64,000 nucleotides of DNA, from positions 832,001-896,000 of the forward strand of contig CAUVXB020000001.1 of the NCBI GenBank assembly GCA_963555825.3, in the 5' to 3' direction. Below, in pieces: positions 34,373 to 45,323 of the stretch. The notes under the pieces are model-generated. The model was not told where the DNA came from and ran no database searches. It worked only from the letters and a program-made list of their open reading frames with translations. Position 1 is the stretch's first letter. Each line of letters starts with the position of its first letter. Source of the stretch: Alphaproteobacteria bacterium. Lineage in GTDB: Bacteria > Pseudomonadota > Alphaproteobacteria > JAAXGF01. The translations under genes were made by a program, and so were the position numbers.

Positions 34373-35854
34373 TCAATCCGGGCTAACTGATAGGTTTGAG
34401 CCGTCACGCCGAAGCGCGCGGCCGGTACGCGCGCCCGTCGCCGCGCCCGATTGCCAGGCGATCGTGCCGTTGACGATGACCGTCTCGATGCCGGCGGCCG
34501 GCTGGATCGGGTCGTCGAAGGTGGCGCGGTCGATCACCGTTTCCGCGTCGAACACCGTGACGTCGGCGAAGGCGCCTTCTGTGATCGTGCCCCGGCCGGC
34601 GAGCCTGAACACCCCGGCCGGCACGCCGGTCATGCGGTGCACCGCTTCTTCGAGCGGGAACAACCCGAGATCGCGGCAATAGTGGCCGAGCACGCGCGGG
34701 AATGTGCCCCACAATCGGGGGTGCGGCTTCTCGTCGTGCGGCAGGCCGTCGGAGCCGATCATCGCGCGCGGGAAGGCGATGATGCGCTGCAGGTCGGCCT
34801 CGTCCATCGAAAAGTAAATGGCGCCGGCCGGCATCAGGCGCTCTGCGGCCGCATCGCGCGTTAGGCCCCAATCGGCGGCGATCTCACCCAGGTCGCGACC
34901 GGCGCAGTCGGGGTGCGGCGTCGACCAGGTGACCAGCACGCGCTCGCTCTTCTCGATGAAGTCGGGCAGCAGCGATGTCGAGCTGGCGATGTAGGGATAG
35001 ACGTCGAGGTCGAGCGTCTGTCCCTGCTGGGCGGCGGCAATGTGCGGCAATGTCTCGCGCGTCCGGCCCCAGTTCTGACGACCGTTGCACTTGTGGTGCG
35101 AGATGACGACTCGGACGCTAGCGCGCCGGCCGGTCTCGACGGTCTCCTCGATCGACTCGATGACGCGGTCGCCCTCGTCGCGCATATGCGTGGTGTAGAT
35201 CGCGCCGGCCGGCGCCAGACGTTCGGCCAGCGCCACCACCTCGTCGGTCGGCGCGGCCATGGCGGTCGGATAGGCGAGCCCGGTCGAGAGCCCGATCGCG
35301 CCGGCGTCGAGCGCATCGTCGAGCGCCTCCGCCATGCGCGCGATCTCGTCGGCAGTTGCCGGCCGCGCGAGGTCGTCCATCGCCGCGGCGCGCAGCGTCG
35401 AATGACCGACCAGGCAGGCGAGATTGACGGCCGGCGGTTCACGGTCGAGCGTGTCGAGATAATCGCCAAAACACGCGAAGCGGTACCAGTCGCGGTCGCC
35501 CAACAAATCCATCGGCGGTGGCGGCGCGCGGTCGAGCACCAGCGGCGCGAGGCTGACCCCGCAGTTGCCGACGACCACCGAGGTGACGCCCTGGCTCACC
35601 TTGGGCGTCATGCCGGGATTTGAAAGCGCGAGCCGGTCGTCATGGGTATGCGCGTCGATGAAGCCCGGCGCGACGATGCGCCCCGCGGCGTCGATCGTGA
35701 CGTCGGCCGCAGTACCGCCGAGGTCGCCGACGGCGGCGATGCGGTCGCCGCTGATCGCAACGTCGGCGCGACAGCGCGCGGCACCGGTGCCGTCGATCAC
35801 CTCGCCGCCCCGGATCAGCACGTCACAGCGTTCGAGTTTCTTGCCTTCCATCAC
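34373..35854 (-). CDS. N-acyl-D-amino-acid deacylase (D-aminoacylase)
   Basis: PGFIDAHTHDD, GNCGVS, THMRDE, SDG..PHPRLWGTFPRVLG. Confidence 0.9.
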   Translation of the reverse strand: MMEGKKLERCDVLIRGGEVIDGTGAARCRADVAISGDRIAAVGDLGGTAADVTIDAAGRIVAPGFIDAHTHDDRLALSNPGMTPKVSQGVTSVVVGNCGVSLAPLVLDRAPPPPMDLLGDRDWYRFACFGDYLDTLDREPPAVNLACLVGHSTLRAAAMDDLARPATADEIARMAEALDDALDAGAIGLSTGLAYPTAMAAPTDEVVALAERLAPAGAIYTTHMRDEGDRVIESIEETVETGRRASVRVVISHHKCNGRQNWGRTRETLPHIAAAQQGQTLDLDVYPYIASSTSLLPDFIEKSERVLVTWSTPHPDCAGRDLGEIAADWGLTRDAAAERLMPAGAIYFSMDEADLQRIIAFPRAMIGSDGLPHDEKPHPRLWGTFPRVLGHYCRDLGLFPLEEAVHRMTGVPAGVFRLAGRGTITEGAFADVTVFDAETVIDRATFDDPIQPAAGIETVIVNGTIAWQSGAATGARTGRALRRDGSNLSVSPD

Positions 35855-35906
35855 ACCTTCATATCGCTCCTGGCTTGATTATGGAACGCCAGCGACGAAA
35901 GTCGAC

Positions 35907-36680
35907 TCAACCGCCCTGCAGTTCGGCGAGGAAGGCACGGATGCGCTTGGCGTTGATGCCGACGTCGCTGCCGCCGACGCGTGACTTCGAGCGGATGTCG
36001 ACGCGGCTGCCCTCGCCCGTCAGGGTCACGCGGATCACCACGTCGTCGACAAAACCGAACCAGAAGGATGTGTCGCTCGCCTCGATGCGGCCTTCGTCGG
36101 GTGCCGCGGCGACGATCTCCCAGCCCTGCCCGCGCGCCGCGGCGAGCGCGCGCTCATAGGCGGTGATCGGCGCGACGGCGAGCAGCGCCGGGCCGATATC
36201 GGGATAGGCCCGGTCCTGCTGCACGGCCACCGCTCGTCCTGCGTAGCCGGGCGGGTTCGGCGCGCCGGCGCGCAGCGGCAAAATGGCGACGAAGGCGGGC
36301 GGGTCGGCGGTGTCGGTGGTGATGTCGTGGATCGCCGGCACCTCCCGCGCCGCCTCGCGCCAGCTATAGGGGATGTTGGCGATCGCGATGCCGAGGATGA
36401 TGCCGGCGAGCGCCAGCGGGAGGGATTTGGCATTGCGCTGGATCAGCACAGCGACCGCGCCGGCGAGCGAGACGGCGGCGCCGGCCAGCCCGATATAGAC
36501 CGCCCAGCGCAGCATGGCGAATCCAACGCCGAGACCCCACAACTGCACGCGATAGCCCGGCCCGGCGGCCACCAGAACGAGGGCCGCAACGATTGCCACC
36601 GCGAGGCCGAGCAGCGCGATCTTCGAGCGCTGCCGGCCGCCTTCAGCTACCGCATCTCCCACGACCAGCCCTCCCATCAC
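35907..36680 (-). CDS. DUF1499-like membrane protein
   Basis: Three TM helices then IHDITTD, FWFGFVDDVVIRV, VDIRSKSRVGGSDVGINAKRI. Start uncertain. Confidence 0.82.
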   Translation of the reverse strand: MMGGLVVGDAVAEGGRQRSKIALLGLAVAIVAALVLVAAGPGYRVQLWGLGVGFAMLRWAVYIGLAGAAVSLAGAVAVLIQRNAKSLPLALAGIILGIAIANIPYSWREAAREVPAIHDITTDTADPPAFVAILPLRAGAPNPPGYAGRAVAVQQDRAYPDIGPALLAVAPITAYERALAAARGQGWEIVAAAPDEGRIEASDTSFWFGFVDDVVIRVTLTGEGSRVDIRSKSRVGGSDVGINAKRIRAFLAELQGG

Positions 36681-36798
36681 CGCCTGAAAACTGTAGTCTA
36701 GGAAACCCGGCGGCCCGAGTCGAACCGCGACCTCGCACCGTTGGCCAATCTTGTGTTACCTGTTGGCGTCAAAGAATGCGCAGTAGGGGTGCGGCGCC

Positions 36799-38001
36799 AT
36801 GGAGCAGATCATCACCATTCGGAATGGCGAGTGCGTGACGCCGACCTTCTCGGCGGCCGAGATGGGCGCACGGCTCGCCACGCTGCGCGCCCATATGGCC
36901 GAAAACGACATCGGTCATGTGCTGTTCACTTCGTATCACAGCATCAACTACTACGCCGATTTCCTCTACTGCTCGTTTGGTCGGCCCTACGCGCTGGTGG
37001 TGAACCAGGACAAGTCGATCACGATTTCGGCCAATATCGACGGCGGCCAGCCGTGGCGCCGCAGCTTCGGCGACAACGTCATCTACACCGACTGGCAACG
37101 CGACAATTACTTCCGCGCGATCCAGCGCGAGATCGCCGATGGCGGCCGGCTCGGCATCGAGCTCGACCACATCACCGTGCAGAACTTCAAGAAGCTGGGC
37201 GACGCGCTGCCCGGCTCGGAATTCGTCGACATCGCCGCCGCCGCCATGCGCATGCGCATGGTCAAGTCCGACGAGGAGATCGCGCTGATCCGCCACGGCG
37301 CGCGCATCGGCGACATCGGCGGCGCGGCCTGCGTCGAGGCGATCGCCGTTGGCGTGCCCGAGCACGAGGTCGCGCTCGCCTCGACCCGCGCCATGGTGCG
37401 CGAGATCGCCAAGACCTACCCGCACGCCGAGCTGATGGATAGCTGGACCTGGTTCCAGTCGGGCATCAACACCGACGGCGCACACAACCCGGTGACCTCG
37501 AAGCGCATCGCTCGCGGCGACATCCTCAGCCTCAACTGCTTTCCGATGATCGCCGGTTATTACACCGCGCTCGAGCGCACGCTGTTCTGCGAGGCGGCCT
37601 CGGACCGGCACCTCGAGCTCTGGAACATCAACTGTGACGTCCACCGCCGCGGCCTCGCGCTGATCCGCCCCGGCGCGCGCTGCTGCGACATCGCCGCCGA
37701 GCTGAACGAGATCTACCTCGAACACGACGTGTTGCAGTACCGCAGCTTCGGCTACGGCCACTCGTTCGGCGTGCTGTGCCACTACTACGGCCGCGAGGCG
37801 GGGCTCGAGCTGCGCGAGGACATCGAGACCGTGCTCGAGCCCAACATGGTGATTTCGATGGAGCCGATGATCATGCTGCCCGAGACCATGCCGGGCGCCG
37901 GCGGCTACCGCGAGCACGACATCTTGGTGGTCACCGAGGACGGCGCCGACAACATCACCAAGTTCCCCTTCGGCCCCGAACACAACATCGTCGCCAAATG
38001 A
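36799..38001 (+). CDS. Creatinase (creatine amidinohydrolase)
   Basis: FLYCSFGRPY, WFQSGINTDGAHNPVT, NCFPMIAGYYTALERT, GHSFG..HYYGREAGLELREDI. Confidence 0.92.
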   Translation: MEQIITIRNGECVTPTFSAAEMGARLATLRAHMAENDIGHVLFTSYHSINYYADFLYCSFGRPYALVVNQDKSITISANIDGGQPWRRSFGDNVIYTDWQRDNYFRAIQREIADGGRLGIELDHITVQNFKKLGDALPGSEFVDIAAAAMRMRMVKSDEEIALIRHGARIGDIGGAACVEAIAVGVPEHEVALASTRAMVREIAKTYPHAELMDSWTWFQSGINTDGAHNPVTSKRIARGDILSLNCFPMIAGYYTALERTLFCEAASDRHLELWNINCDVHRRGLALIRPGARCCDIAAELNEIYLEHDVLQYRSFGYGHSFGVLCHYYGREAGLELREDIETVLEPNMVISMEPMIMLPETMPGAGGYREHDILVVTEDGADNITKFPFGPEHNIVAK

Positions 38002-38555
38002 GGCGCAGCGCGCCCGACGTCCTGTTGGCTACCGAACGGCTGACGCTCCGCCGCTTCACCGCCGCCGACGCCGGTGACCTCCAGGCGCTGGATTCGGATC
38101 CCGAGGTCATTCGCTACAGCAGCGACGGGCTGAGCGGCGTGCCGCGCGACCGCGCTGCGACGTCGGAGAGGCTCGAGGAATTCATCGCCCGCTACGACCG
38201 TGACGGCGCCTCCGCCTTCTGGGCCGCCGAAGATCGCGCGAGTCGCGCCTTCCTCGGCTGGTTCCAGTTCACGCCGACTGACAATCAGGGCGAGGCCGAA
38301 CTCGGCTTCCGCCTCGTCAGGGCGGCGTGGGGCCACGGGCTGGCCACGGAAGGTGCGCGGGCCCTGGTCGAGATGGGTTTCCGCGACCTCGGCGTCACGC
38401 GCATCGTTTCATCGGCGCTCGCGGCCAACGCCGCCTCGATCCGGGTGATGGAGAAGGCCGGGTTGCGCCTCGCGCGCGAGTTCACCCACGAGCCCGGCGG
38501 CCCAGCGCTCGAATACGCGCTGACGCGGGGTGAATTCGCGGCGTCGGCGCCCTAA
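37998..38555 (+). CDS. GNAT (RimJ/RimL) N-acetyltransferase
   Basis: TERLTLRRF, WGHGLATEG, NAASIRVMEKAG; ATGA coupling to creatinase. Confidence 0.88.
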   Translation: MRRSAPDVLLATERLTLRRFTAADAGDLQALDSDPEVIRYSSDGLSGVPRDRAATSERLEEFIARYDRDGASAFWAAEDRASRAFLGWFQFTPTDNQGEAELGFRLVRAAWGHGLATEGARALVEMGFRDLGVTRIVSSALAANAASIRVMEKAGLRLAREFTHEPGGPALEYALTRGEFAASAP

Positions 38556-39373
38556 CCCTTGGTCGCCACCGCGTAGATGACGTTGGTCTCGATCTCGCGC
38601 ACGTCGTGCTCGCGCAGCCAGCCGACGGTCTCGCCGCGCACGCGCGCGACGTGCAGCGGGTCCATCTGCTCGACCCTGCCGCGCGCGCCCGAGCCGAGCA
38701 CGATGGTCCACCAGTCCTCAGGCCGGCTAAGCGTCTGGACGCCGTCCTCTGTGGCGATCTCGGCGTGCGGAATGCCGGCCTCGCGCAGCACCTCGGCGAG
38801 CGTCTCGGGATCGCTCAGACGATCCCACGGCTTATCCGTCGCGTAGAGGTCGGGACGCTCGCGCCTGACCGCTTCCAGCCAGACCGAGCCGATCGGCTCG
38901 AACCGGCGCGGCCCCCAATTCGTGATGGCGAGCTTGCCGCCCGGGCGCACCATGCGCCACAGCTCGCGCACCTGGTCGGCGATATCGGCCGCGAAGAAGA
39001 TGCTGAAGACGCTGATTACGGCATCGAACGCGCCGTCGGCGAAGCCCAGGTCCGCCATGTCGCCGAGCCGGAACTCGACGTTGATCAGCCCGCGGTTGGC
39101 GGCCTTGTCGCGGCCCAGCTCGAGCAGCCGCTCGGCGAGGTCGACGCCGATGACGTGCCCCCTCGGGCCGACGATCTCGGCCGCCGGCAGCGCCGAGGCG
39201 CCCGAGCCACAGCCGACGTCGAGCACCTCGGCGCCGGGCGCCAGGCCGAGCCGGGTGACCGTGCGCCGGCCGTAGCGCGCCCAGAACGCCAGCGGGTTGT
39301 CGTCGTAATGATCGGCGGCGACGTTATAGACGTTCGCGGCCTTGGCCTTCTCGGGGTCGGTCGGTCCGCCCAT
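38552..39373 (-). CDS. Class I SAM-dependent methyltransferase
   Basis: VLDVGCGSG, GVDLA, FDAVIS, VRPGG. Confidence 0.88.
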   Translation of the reverse strand: MGGPTDPEKAKAANVYNVAADHYDDNPLAFWARYGRRTVTRLGLAPGAEVLDVGCGSGASALPAAEIVGPRGHVIGVDLAERLLELGRDKAANRGLINVEFRLGDMADLGFADGAFDAVISVFSIFFAADIADQVRELWRMVRPGGKLAITNWGPRRFEPIGSVWLEAVRRERPDLYATDKPWDRLSDPETLAEVLREAGIPHAEIATEDGVQTLSRPEDWWTIVLGSGARGRVEQMDPLHVARVRGETVGWLREHDVREIETNVIYAVATKG

Positions 39374-39529
39374 GGCTGGGCCCCTCGACGATGTGGATAG
39401 CGACCTCCGATCGTAGCAGAATTCCGGCCACGCGGATTGCTCGGGCCGCGCCTACACGAAGATGTGACGCGGCGCAGGCCTCGAAGCGCGCCATAATCGG
39501 CTGACGAATGTGGAATTGGAGGTGCGGCC

Positions 39530-40264
39530 ATGACAGGGGCAAGGGCGCTGGCAGGCGCCGTGGTCACCGTCGGCCTGCTGGCGCAGGCGGTCCTTGCGAA
39601 CCCCGCCCGGGCGGACGAAACGATCGAGGCCTTCCTGGCCCGCGTCGAGGCGGCCTATGCCGCGCCCGACCCGGCGGCCGCGATGGCCGAGCTCTTTCAT
39701 CTCGAGGGCGTCGATGCGGAGACGCGCGAAACTTACGACACGAGACTGATTCCTCACTTGCTGCGCGGGCATGACGCGCCGACCGTCGGCACCGAGCCGG
39801 TGCCCGACGATTTCGACCCGCTCTACGTGCTGAACGGCTATGAATACCGCCCCAACCTGGCGCCACTCGGCTACGTGGTGATCGACGGCACGACCAAGGC
39901 GGTCTACGGCCGGCGCGACGATGGTCGCTACTACTTCGTCGGCACGACCCGCACGGCGGTCAACCCCGACGGACCGCCCGACCGCATGCTGCAGATGATG
40001 CTGGTCGGTCAGGCCAGCCCGCCGGTCAACTACACCGGCCATTGCGACGTCATGCAGAGCAACGGCAAGATCAAGCGCATGGAGCTCGAGGACAACGGCC
40101 ACGGCAACACCACCGCGATCATCATGGGCCAGTACATCGAGCGCTGCGAAGTGACCAATGATTCGGCCCGCGGCTCGCTTTGGCTCAGACTCCAGGAGGG
40201 CGAGGAGACGGTCTTCGACGAGCGCATCGAGACGCCGGCGACGCGGCTCAGCTACCGCCGCTAG
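39530..40264 (+). CDS. Hypothetical exported protein
   Basis: Signal peptide ending ARA-D, host-like codon usage, GGAGG RBS. Its TAG stop is the IS630 target and remains intact. Confidence 0.7.
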   Translation: MTGARALAGAVVTVGLLAQAVLANPARADETIEAFLARVEAAYAAPDPAAAMAELFHLEGVDAETRETYDTRLIPHLLRGHDAPTVGTEPVPDDFDPLYVLNGYEYRPNLAPLGYVVIDGTTKAVYGRRDDGRYYFVGTTRTAVNPDGPPDRMLQMMLVGQASPPVNYTGHCDVMQSNGKIKRMELEDNGHGNTTAIIMGQYIERCEVTNDSARGSLWLRLQEGEETVFDERIETPATRLSYRR

Positions 40265-41382
40265 TGTCCCGATTCCGAAGTTCGCATGATTTTCGCCTGC
40301 TGTTCAGCGATTTCGATTGTTCGGAGGCAGAAGCGCTGGATGGCGCCGAGGATGTCATCGGCGGATTTGGTCCATTTGAAGGGTTTGGGGTTCTGGTTTG
40401 TCGTGTCGATGTAGTCGAGGATGGTGCGCTCCAACTCCTTGGTGGAGCGATGGACGCCGCGCCTGATCTGCTTGTCGGTCAGCAGCCCGAACCAGCGCTC
40501 GACCTGGTTCAGCCAGGAGGCGCTGGTGGGTGTGAAATGGGCCTGCCAGCGCGGCCGTTTGGCGAACCAGTCGCGGATCGCCTTGGTCTTGTGGGTCCCG
40601 TAGTTGTCCATGACGATGTGGATGTCGAGATCAGCAGGGACGTTCGCCTCGACGAGGTCGAGGAATTTGCGGAACTCTCGGGCCCGATGGCGCGGGAAAC
40701 ATTTGCCGATGATCTCTCCCGTGGCGATGTCGAGGGCCGCGAAGAGAGAGGTCGTGCCGTGGCGCTTGTAGTCGTGGCTGCGCCGCTCCGCCTGCCCGGG
40801 GCGCATCGGCAAGAGGGGCTGGGAACGGTCCAGGGCCTGGATCTGGCTCTTTTCGTCGACACAGAGAACCAGGGCACGATCCGGCGGCGCCAAATACAGA
40901 CCGACGATGTCGCGGACCTTCTCCACGAAGAAGGGATCGCTCGACAGCTTGAAGGTCTCCGAGCGATGCGGCTGCAAGCCGAAGGCCCGCCAGATGCGAT
41001 GAATGGTCGAGGGCGCGTGGCCGCTCGCCCGCGCCATCGAGCGAAGGCTCCAATGGGTCGCGTCCGGCGGCGTCTCTTCCAGCGTCAGCCGGACCGCTTC
41101 CGCGATGGCGTCATCGCCGATTTGACGCGGCGCGCCGGGGCGGGGTTCGTCGTACAGACCGTCGAGGCCCTCCGCCGCATAGCGGCGACGCCACTTGCCC
41201 ACGGTGTCCGCGCTCGCCTCGAGACGAACGGCGATCTCCTTGTTCTCCAACCCTTCCGCCGCCGCCAAGACGATCCGAGCCCGCCGCGCAAGCCCCTGCG
41301 ACGTCTTGCGACGACGAGACAGCGCCTCCAATTCGGCGCGCTCGTCATCGCTCAAAGAGATCGTCACCGCCACTCTCGCCAT
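40261..41382 (-). CDS. IS630 family transposase
   Basis: Same translation as copy 1. Confidence 0.95.
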   Translation of the reverse strand: MARVAVTISLSDDERAELEALSRRRKTSQGLARRARIVLAAAEGLENKEIAVRLEASADTVGKWRRRYAAEGLDGLYDEPRPGAPRQIGDDAIAEAVRLTLEETPPDATHWSLRSMARASGHAPSTIHRIWRAFGLQPHRSETFKLSSDPFFVEKVRDIVGLYLAPPDRALVLCVDEKSQIQALDRSQPLLPMRPGQAERRSHDYKRHGTTSLFAALDIATGEIIGKCFPRHRAREFRKFLDLVEANVPADLDIHIVMDNYGTHKTKAIRDWFAKRPRWQAHFTPTSASWLNQVERWFGLLTDKQIRRGVHRSTKELERTILDYIDTTNQNPKPFKWTKSADDILGAIQRFCLRTIEIAEQQAKIMRTSESGH

Positions 41383-41442
41383 CAATCGCGCCTCCTAAAA
41401 ACAAATAGAGACATAATCATATCAATTTATCGATCAGGACAC
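40264..41442 (-). mobile_element. IS630 family element, copy 2 (1179 bp)
   Basis: Inverted copy of 4308-5486; TA at 40262-40263 and 41443-41444. Confidence 0.95.
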
Positions 41443-41445
41443 TAG

Positions 41446-41482
41446 AGCATAATTCGATCGATCGGAATCGATCGGATTATGC
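41446..41482. repeat. Palindrome following CTAGA (REP/MITE-like)
   Basis: GCATAATTCGATCGAT-CGGA-ATCGATCGGATTATGC, a 16-bp stem with one G-T pair. Confidence 0.6.
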
Positions 41483-41687
41483 CAGCCTGCGACCGCAGGC
41501 CGCCGACCGTTCGGCCAGTCTTTGTGGGATATAGATTGGCCTGCGCGGCGATTGAGCGCAGGTCAGCTTTACGCGAGTCAAAGCTGACCGGACAATGAAG
41601 TAGAATACCCGTCAAAACATATCCAATTGGGCGGCCACCGATTACAATGGCGGCGTCTGCCATCGCAGCGCGCAGTGGAGCCCGACC

Positions 41688-42566
41688 ATGAACCTAGACC
41701 ATGTCACCGTGTTCGGCGGGAGCGGCTTTCTCGGCCGGCGCCTGGTCGAAGCGCTGGTGCGGGCCGGCGCGACGGTCCGCGTCGCAGGACGCAACCCGAC
41801 TTCTTCCAACGACGTGGAGGCGGTCCGAGCCGACGTCTGCGACGCCGCGTCGGTGGCAAGCGCGGTCGCGGCGGCGGACGCGGTCGTCAATGCCGTCGGC
41901 TACTACGTCGAGAGTGGTGGCGTGACCTTCGACGCGGTCCACGGCGTGGGCGCCGGTACCATCGCGCGCTGCGCCGCCGAGGCCGGCGCCGGACGCCTCG
42001 TGCACCTCTCGGGCATCGGCGCCGACGCGACCTCGCGGTCGGCCTACGTGCGCTCGCGCGCGGCCGGCGAGACGCGGGTCCGCGAGGCCTTTCCCGATGC
42101 GACGATCCTGCGGCCCAGCGTCATTTTCGGGCCCGGCGACGCGATGGTCACCGCGCTCGCCGCGGTCCTCCGGCGCCTGCCCGTGGTGCCGCTGTTCGGC
42201 CGTGGCGAGACGCGGCTGCAACCGGTCTTCGTCGGCGACGTCGCCGACGCGGCGGCGCGCGCGCTCGCGATGGCCTATACGGCGGGCAAGACGTATGAAC
42301 TGGGCGGCCCGGATGTCTACAGCTATCGCGCCCTGCTCGAGCTTCTGTGCACATCGCTCGGCATCCGCCGCCGGCTGATGCCGATGCCCTTCGCCCTGTG
42401 GGAAATTCAGGCGGCGGTCGCCTCGCTGCTGCCGCGGCCGCCGCTGACGCGCGATCAGGTGACGCTGATGCGCCATGACAACGTGGTCGCCGAAAACGCG
42501 CTCGGCCTTGACGATCTCGGCATCACGCCGACGGCGCTCGAGGCGGTGCTGGGGACCTATCTCTAG
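41688..42566 (+). CDS. Complex I NDUFA9-like NAD(P)-dependent SDR/epimerase
   Basis: VFGGSGFLG, YVRSR, ILRPSVIFGPGD, LQPVFVGDVA. Confidence 0.88.
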   Translation: MNLDHVTVFGGSGFLGRRLVEALVRAGATVRVAGRNPTSSNDVEAVRADVCDAASVASAVAAADAVVNAVGYYVESGGVTFDAVHGVGAGTIARCAAEAGAGRLVHLSGIGADATSRSAYVRSRAAGETRVREAFPDATILRPSVIFGPGDAMVTALAAVLRRLPVVPLFGRGETRLQPVFVGDVADAAARALAMAYTAGKTYELGGPDVYSYRALLELLCTSLGIRRRLMPMPFALWEIQAAVASLLPRPPLTRDQVTLMRHDNVVAENALGLDDLGITPTALEAVLGTYL

Positions 42567-42656
42567 GCCGCCTTATCGAAACGAAGCGGCTTTTGACTTG
42601 GATCAACGCGCGGCGCTCGAGCGCAGGTCACCAAAGGTGACCACAGAAAAAAACGC

Positions 42657-43331
42657 TCACCCGGCCAGGTGGCCGGCCTTGACGTAAAAGGTGCAGCCGG
42701 GGCCCGAGTAGACCTCGTGGCGGCTGCCGACCGGGTAGCGCACCCAGCTTCCGGGCCCGTAAGCACCGTGTTCGTCCTCGATGGCGCCGTCTATGACGAA
42801 CAGCTCCTCGCCGCCCGGGTGGTCGTGGTCGGGGAAGGTCGTGTCCGGCGCGAAGCGCACCAGCCGCATCGCCTCCGGATAGCCCGCCTCCTCGTAGAGC
42901 GGCATCGCCGTGACGCCCGGCACCGGCCGCGCCTGCCATTCGGCGCTCGTGGTGTCGACGGTGATCTGTCGGCGCGCCGTGCCCGGGTACTGACGCAGCT
43001 TGACGAACAGCGCGCAGCCCTGGCGCGAGAACGGCGCATGGCTGAAGCCCTCGGGGTTCAACAGGTACGAGCCGGCCGGATAGTCGCCGTGTTCGTCCGA
43101 GAAGACGCCGTCGAGCACCAGGATCTCCTCGCCGTCGGGGTGTGGATGCTCGGGAAAGGCGCTGTCGGCGTCATAGCGCACCACCGCGGTGACGCGGCTT
43201 GCTTCCGCCGCGCCCGCGAGGTCGAGCCGTTTGCGCCAGACACTCGAGCTCGGGCTCGCCTGCCAGTCGACCTCGGCGGTATGCACGATCGCGAGCTTCG
43301 AGAAATCGGCGTTGATGGTGGTCTCGGTCAC
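42657..43331 (-). CDS. ChrR-like bicupin protein
   Basis: Two cupins (HPHPDGEEILVLDG; HDHPGGEELFVIDG); GTG start at 43331 with AGGAG RBS. Confidence 0.87.
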   Translation of the reverse strand: MTETTINADFSKLAIVHTAEVDWQASPSSSVWRKRLDLAGAAEASRVTAVVRYDADSAFPEHPHPDGEEILVLDGVFSDEHGDYPAGSYLLNPEGFSHAPFSRQGCALFVKLRQYPGTARRQITVDTTSAEWQARPVPGVTAMPLYEEAGYPEAMRLVRFAPDTTFPDHDHPGGEELFVIDGAIEDEHGAYGPGSWVRYPVGSRHEVYSGPGCTFYVKAGHLAG

Positions 43332-43408
43332 GTTTGAACTCCTTCGCTGCTGACGATCCAAAATAGTGCCCCGACGCCGCCGGGACCACCTCGGAGTCGA
43401 GCAATTGA

Positions 43409-44131
43409 CTAAGCGTCCAATATCAGCCCCGGCAATTCCGCGATCGAGGCGATCCGCGCGCAATCGACGTCGGGCCAATCGCCGTAAGGGTCGATCAGCA
43501 TGGCGTGCAGGCCCGCGCCGCGGGCGCCGATGACATCGACGTCGTAGATGTCGCCGACGTGCAGTACCTCGCCGGGCGACGCACCGACGAGGGACAAGGC
43601 GTGATCGAAGATGCCCCGGTCGGGCTTCTCGATGCCGATGACATGCGAATCCACGACGCCCGCCACGAAGCCGCTCAAGCCCTGACGGTGGACGATGCCC
43701 GCGGCGCAGCCGTCCGAGTTGCTGACCACGACGACCGGCAGGCCCGAGCGGCGAAACGTCTCGAGCGTCTCCCTGACACCGGGCAGCAGGGTCGACCACA
43801 GGCGGTGCGATTGGCCCGGCAGGTGCAACACCGTCGCCAAATCCGCGGCGAGGCCATCGCGTTCCCGATTGGACATTGTCGCCACCGACACGACGCCCCC
43901 GAGCACGGTCGTCAGGTAGCGTCGGAAGGCATCGGCGCCCTCGGCCCTGCCCGCTTGCCGAACGGCCTCGGAGACGCGCGGCCGCGCCGCCGCCTCGGCG
44001 CGTTCGAGTTCGCTCTCGGTTGCAGCCACCCCACGCCGCTCCAGCTCATCGCACAGCCAGGCGAAATCGACCGACACCAGGGTGTTGCCGAGATCGAGGA
44101 ACAGCGCGGAAAGTCGGTCGAAGGGGATCAT
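43409..44131 (-). CDS. HAD family hydrolase
   Basis: LDLGNTL, VVSN, EKPD, HVGD..D. Confidence 0.88.
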   Translation of the reverse strand: MIPFDRLSALFLDLGNTLVSVDFAWLCDELERRGVAATESELERAEAAARPRVSEAVRQAGRAEGADAFRRYLTTVLGGVVSVATMSNRERDGLAADLATVLHLPGQSHRLWSTLLPGVRETLETFRRSGLPVVVVSNSDGCAAGIVHRQGLSGFVAGVVDSHVIGIEKPDRGIFDHALSLVGASPGEVLHVGDIYDVDVIGARGAGLHAMLIDPYGDWPDVDCARIASIAELPGLILDA

Positions 44132-44152
44132 CGGCTTGGTACTCTACCGTGG

Positions 44153-45235
44153 TTACAGCCCGGCCATGCGCAGGCGGAAGGGTTTTTGCAGCGCGTCCAA
44201 GCCCAGACCGTAGCGCACCATGGCGTTGCGCGCGACGATCGCGAGCGGATTTCGGAGCGCCGCCAGGCGGAACTGCCAGTCGCTCTCGCGCACGACCCGG
44301 GCGCCGGCGGTACGGCGCGCGTCGCTATAGCCTTCGAGGCCGCCCGCCATGATCCGCGCGGCGAGCTCGGCGGCGTCCTCGATGCCGAGGTTCATGCCGC
44401 GGCCGCCGGCCGGCGAGTGGATGTGCGCGGCGTCGCCGGCCAAGAAGCAACGCCCCGCGCCGTAGCTCGCGACCTGGCGCAGGCTGACAGTGAAGTCGGT
44501 GTGCCACAGCACCTTGCGCACGACGCTCGGCGCCGGCAGCAGCGCCAGCGCATTGGCCTTGTTGGCGACCGCGCGGTAGCGGCCGCGGCCCATGGCGATG
44601 ACGAACAGGACGGCGCCGTCGTCGTGCATGAAGAGATTGCCCTCGCCCTCGCCGAACGGCCATTCGAGCAAAATATCGGCGAGGTTCCAGCCCGCCGGGT
44701 AGCGCTCGCCGGCGAAACCGATGCCGAGTGCGGCGCGCACCGTCGAATGCGCGCCATCAGCGCCGACGACGGCATCGCAGCGGGCCTCGGTGGTCCGGCC
44801 GCCGTGGACCAGCCGGATGTCGACGCCGCCGGCGTCCTGGGCGAGACCGGTAAGTTCGGTCTGGCGCTCGACATCGACGCCGTGGTCGGCAAGCGCGGTC
44901 TCGAGGATCGCCTCGGTCTCGTCTTGCGGCAGGGACAAGAGGTAATTGTAGCGGCAGTCCATGCGCTCGAAGTCGATCGTCGTCAGGAGCCGCGTGTAAT
45001 GGCGCAGGTTGATGCGGTAGACCGGCAGCCCCGCCTCGATGAGCCGCGTCGTGACGCCCGAGTGGCGCAGCAGCTCGAGCGAGCGCGCGTTGATGCCGAC
45101 CGCCTTCGAGAGCGTGTTGCGCTCGGCCAGCTTGTCGACGATGCGCACTGCGGCGCCGCGCCGGGCGAGTTCGAGCGCCGCCGTCAGCCCGACCGGGCCG
45201 GCGCCCACCACCAGGACATCGGGTGCCATCGCCAT
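44153..45235 (-). CDS. FAD-dependent monooxygenase
   Basis: VVGAGPVG, GADGAHSTVR, LAGDAAHIHSPAGGRGMNLGIEDA. Confidence 0.9.
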   Translation of the reverse strand: MAMAPDVLVVGAGPVGLTAALELARRGAAVRIVDKLAERNTLSKAVGINARSLELLRHSGVTTRLIEAGLPVYRINLRHYTRLLTTIDFERMDCRYNYLLSLPQDETEAILETALADHGVDVERQTELTGLAQDAGGVDIRLVHGGRTTEARCDAVVGADGAHSTVRAALGIGFAGERYPAGWNLADILLEWPFGEGEGNLFMHDDGAVLFVIAMGRGRYRAVANKANALALLPAPSVVRKVLWHTDFTVSLRQVASYGAGRCFLAGDAAHIHSPAGGRGMNLGIEDAAELAARIMAGGLEGYSDARRTAGARVVRESDWQFRLAALRNPLAIVARNAMVRYGLGLDALQKPFRLRMAGL

Positions 45236-45323
45236 CGTCCTTCCTCGTGCTCCGCCTTGCCCCAGAGCGCTCCGGTCAATACCTTAACAGGCCTCTTAGG
45301 CAAGCGTGATAGCGAGGGGCGCC

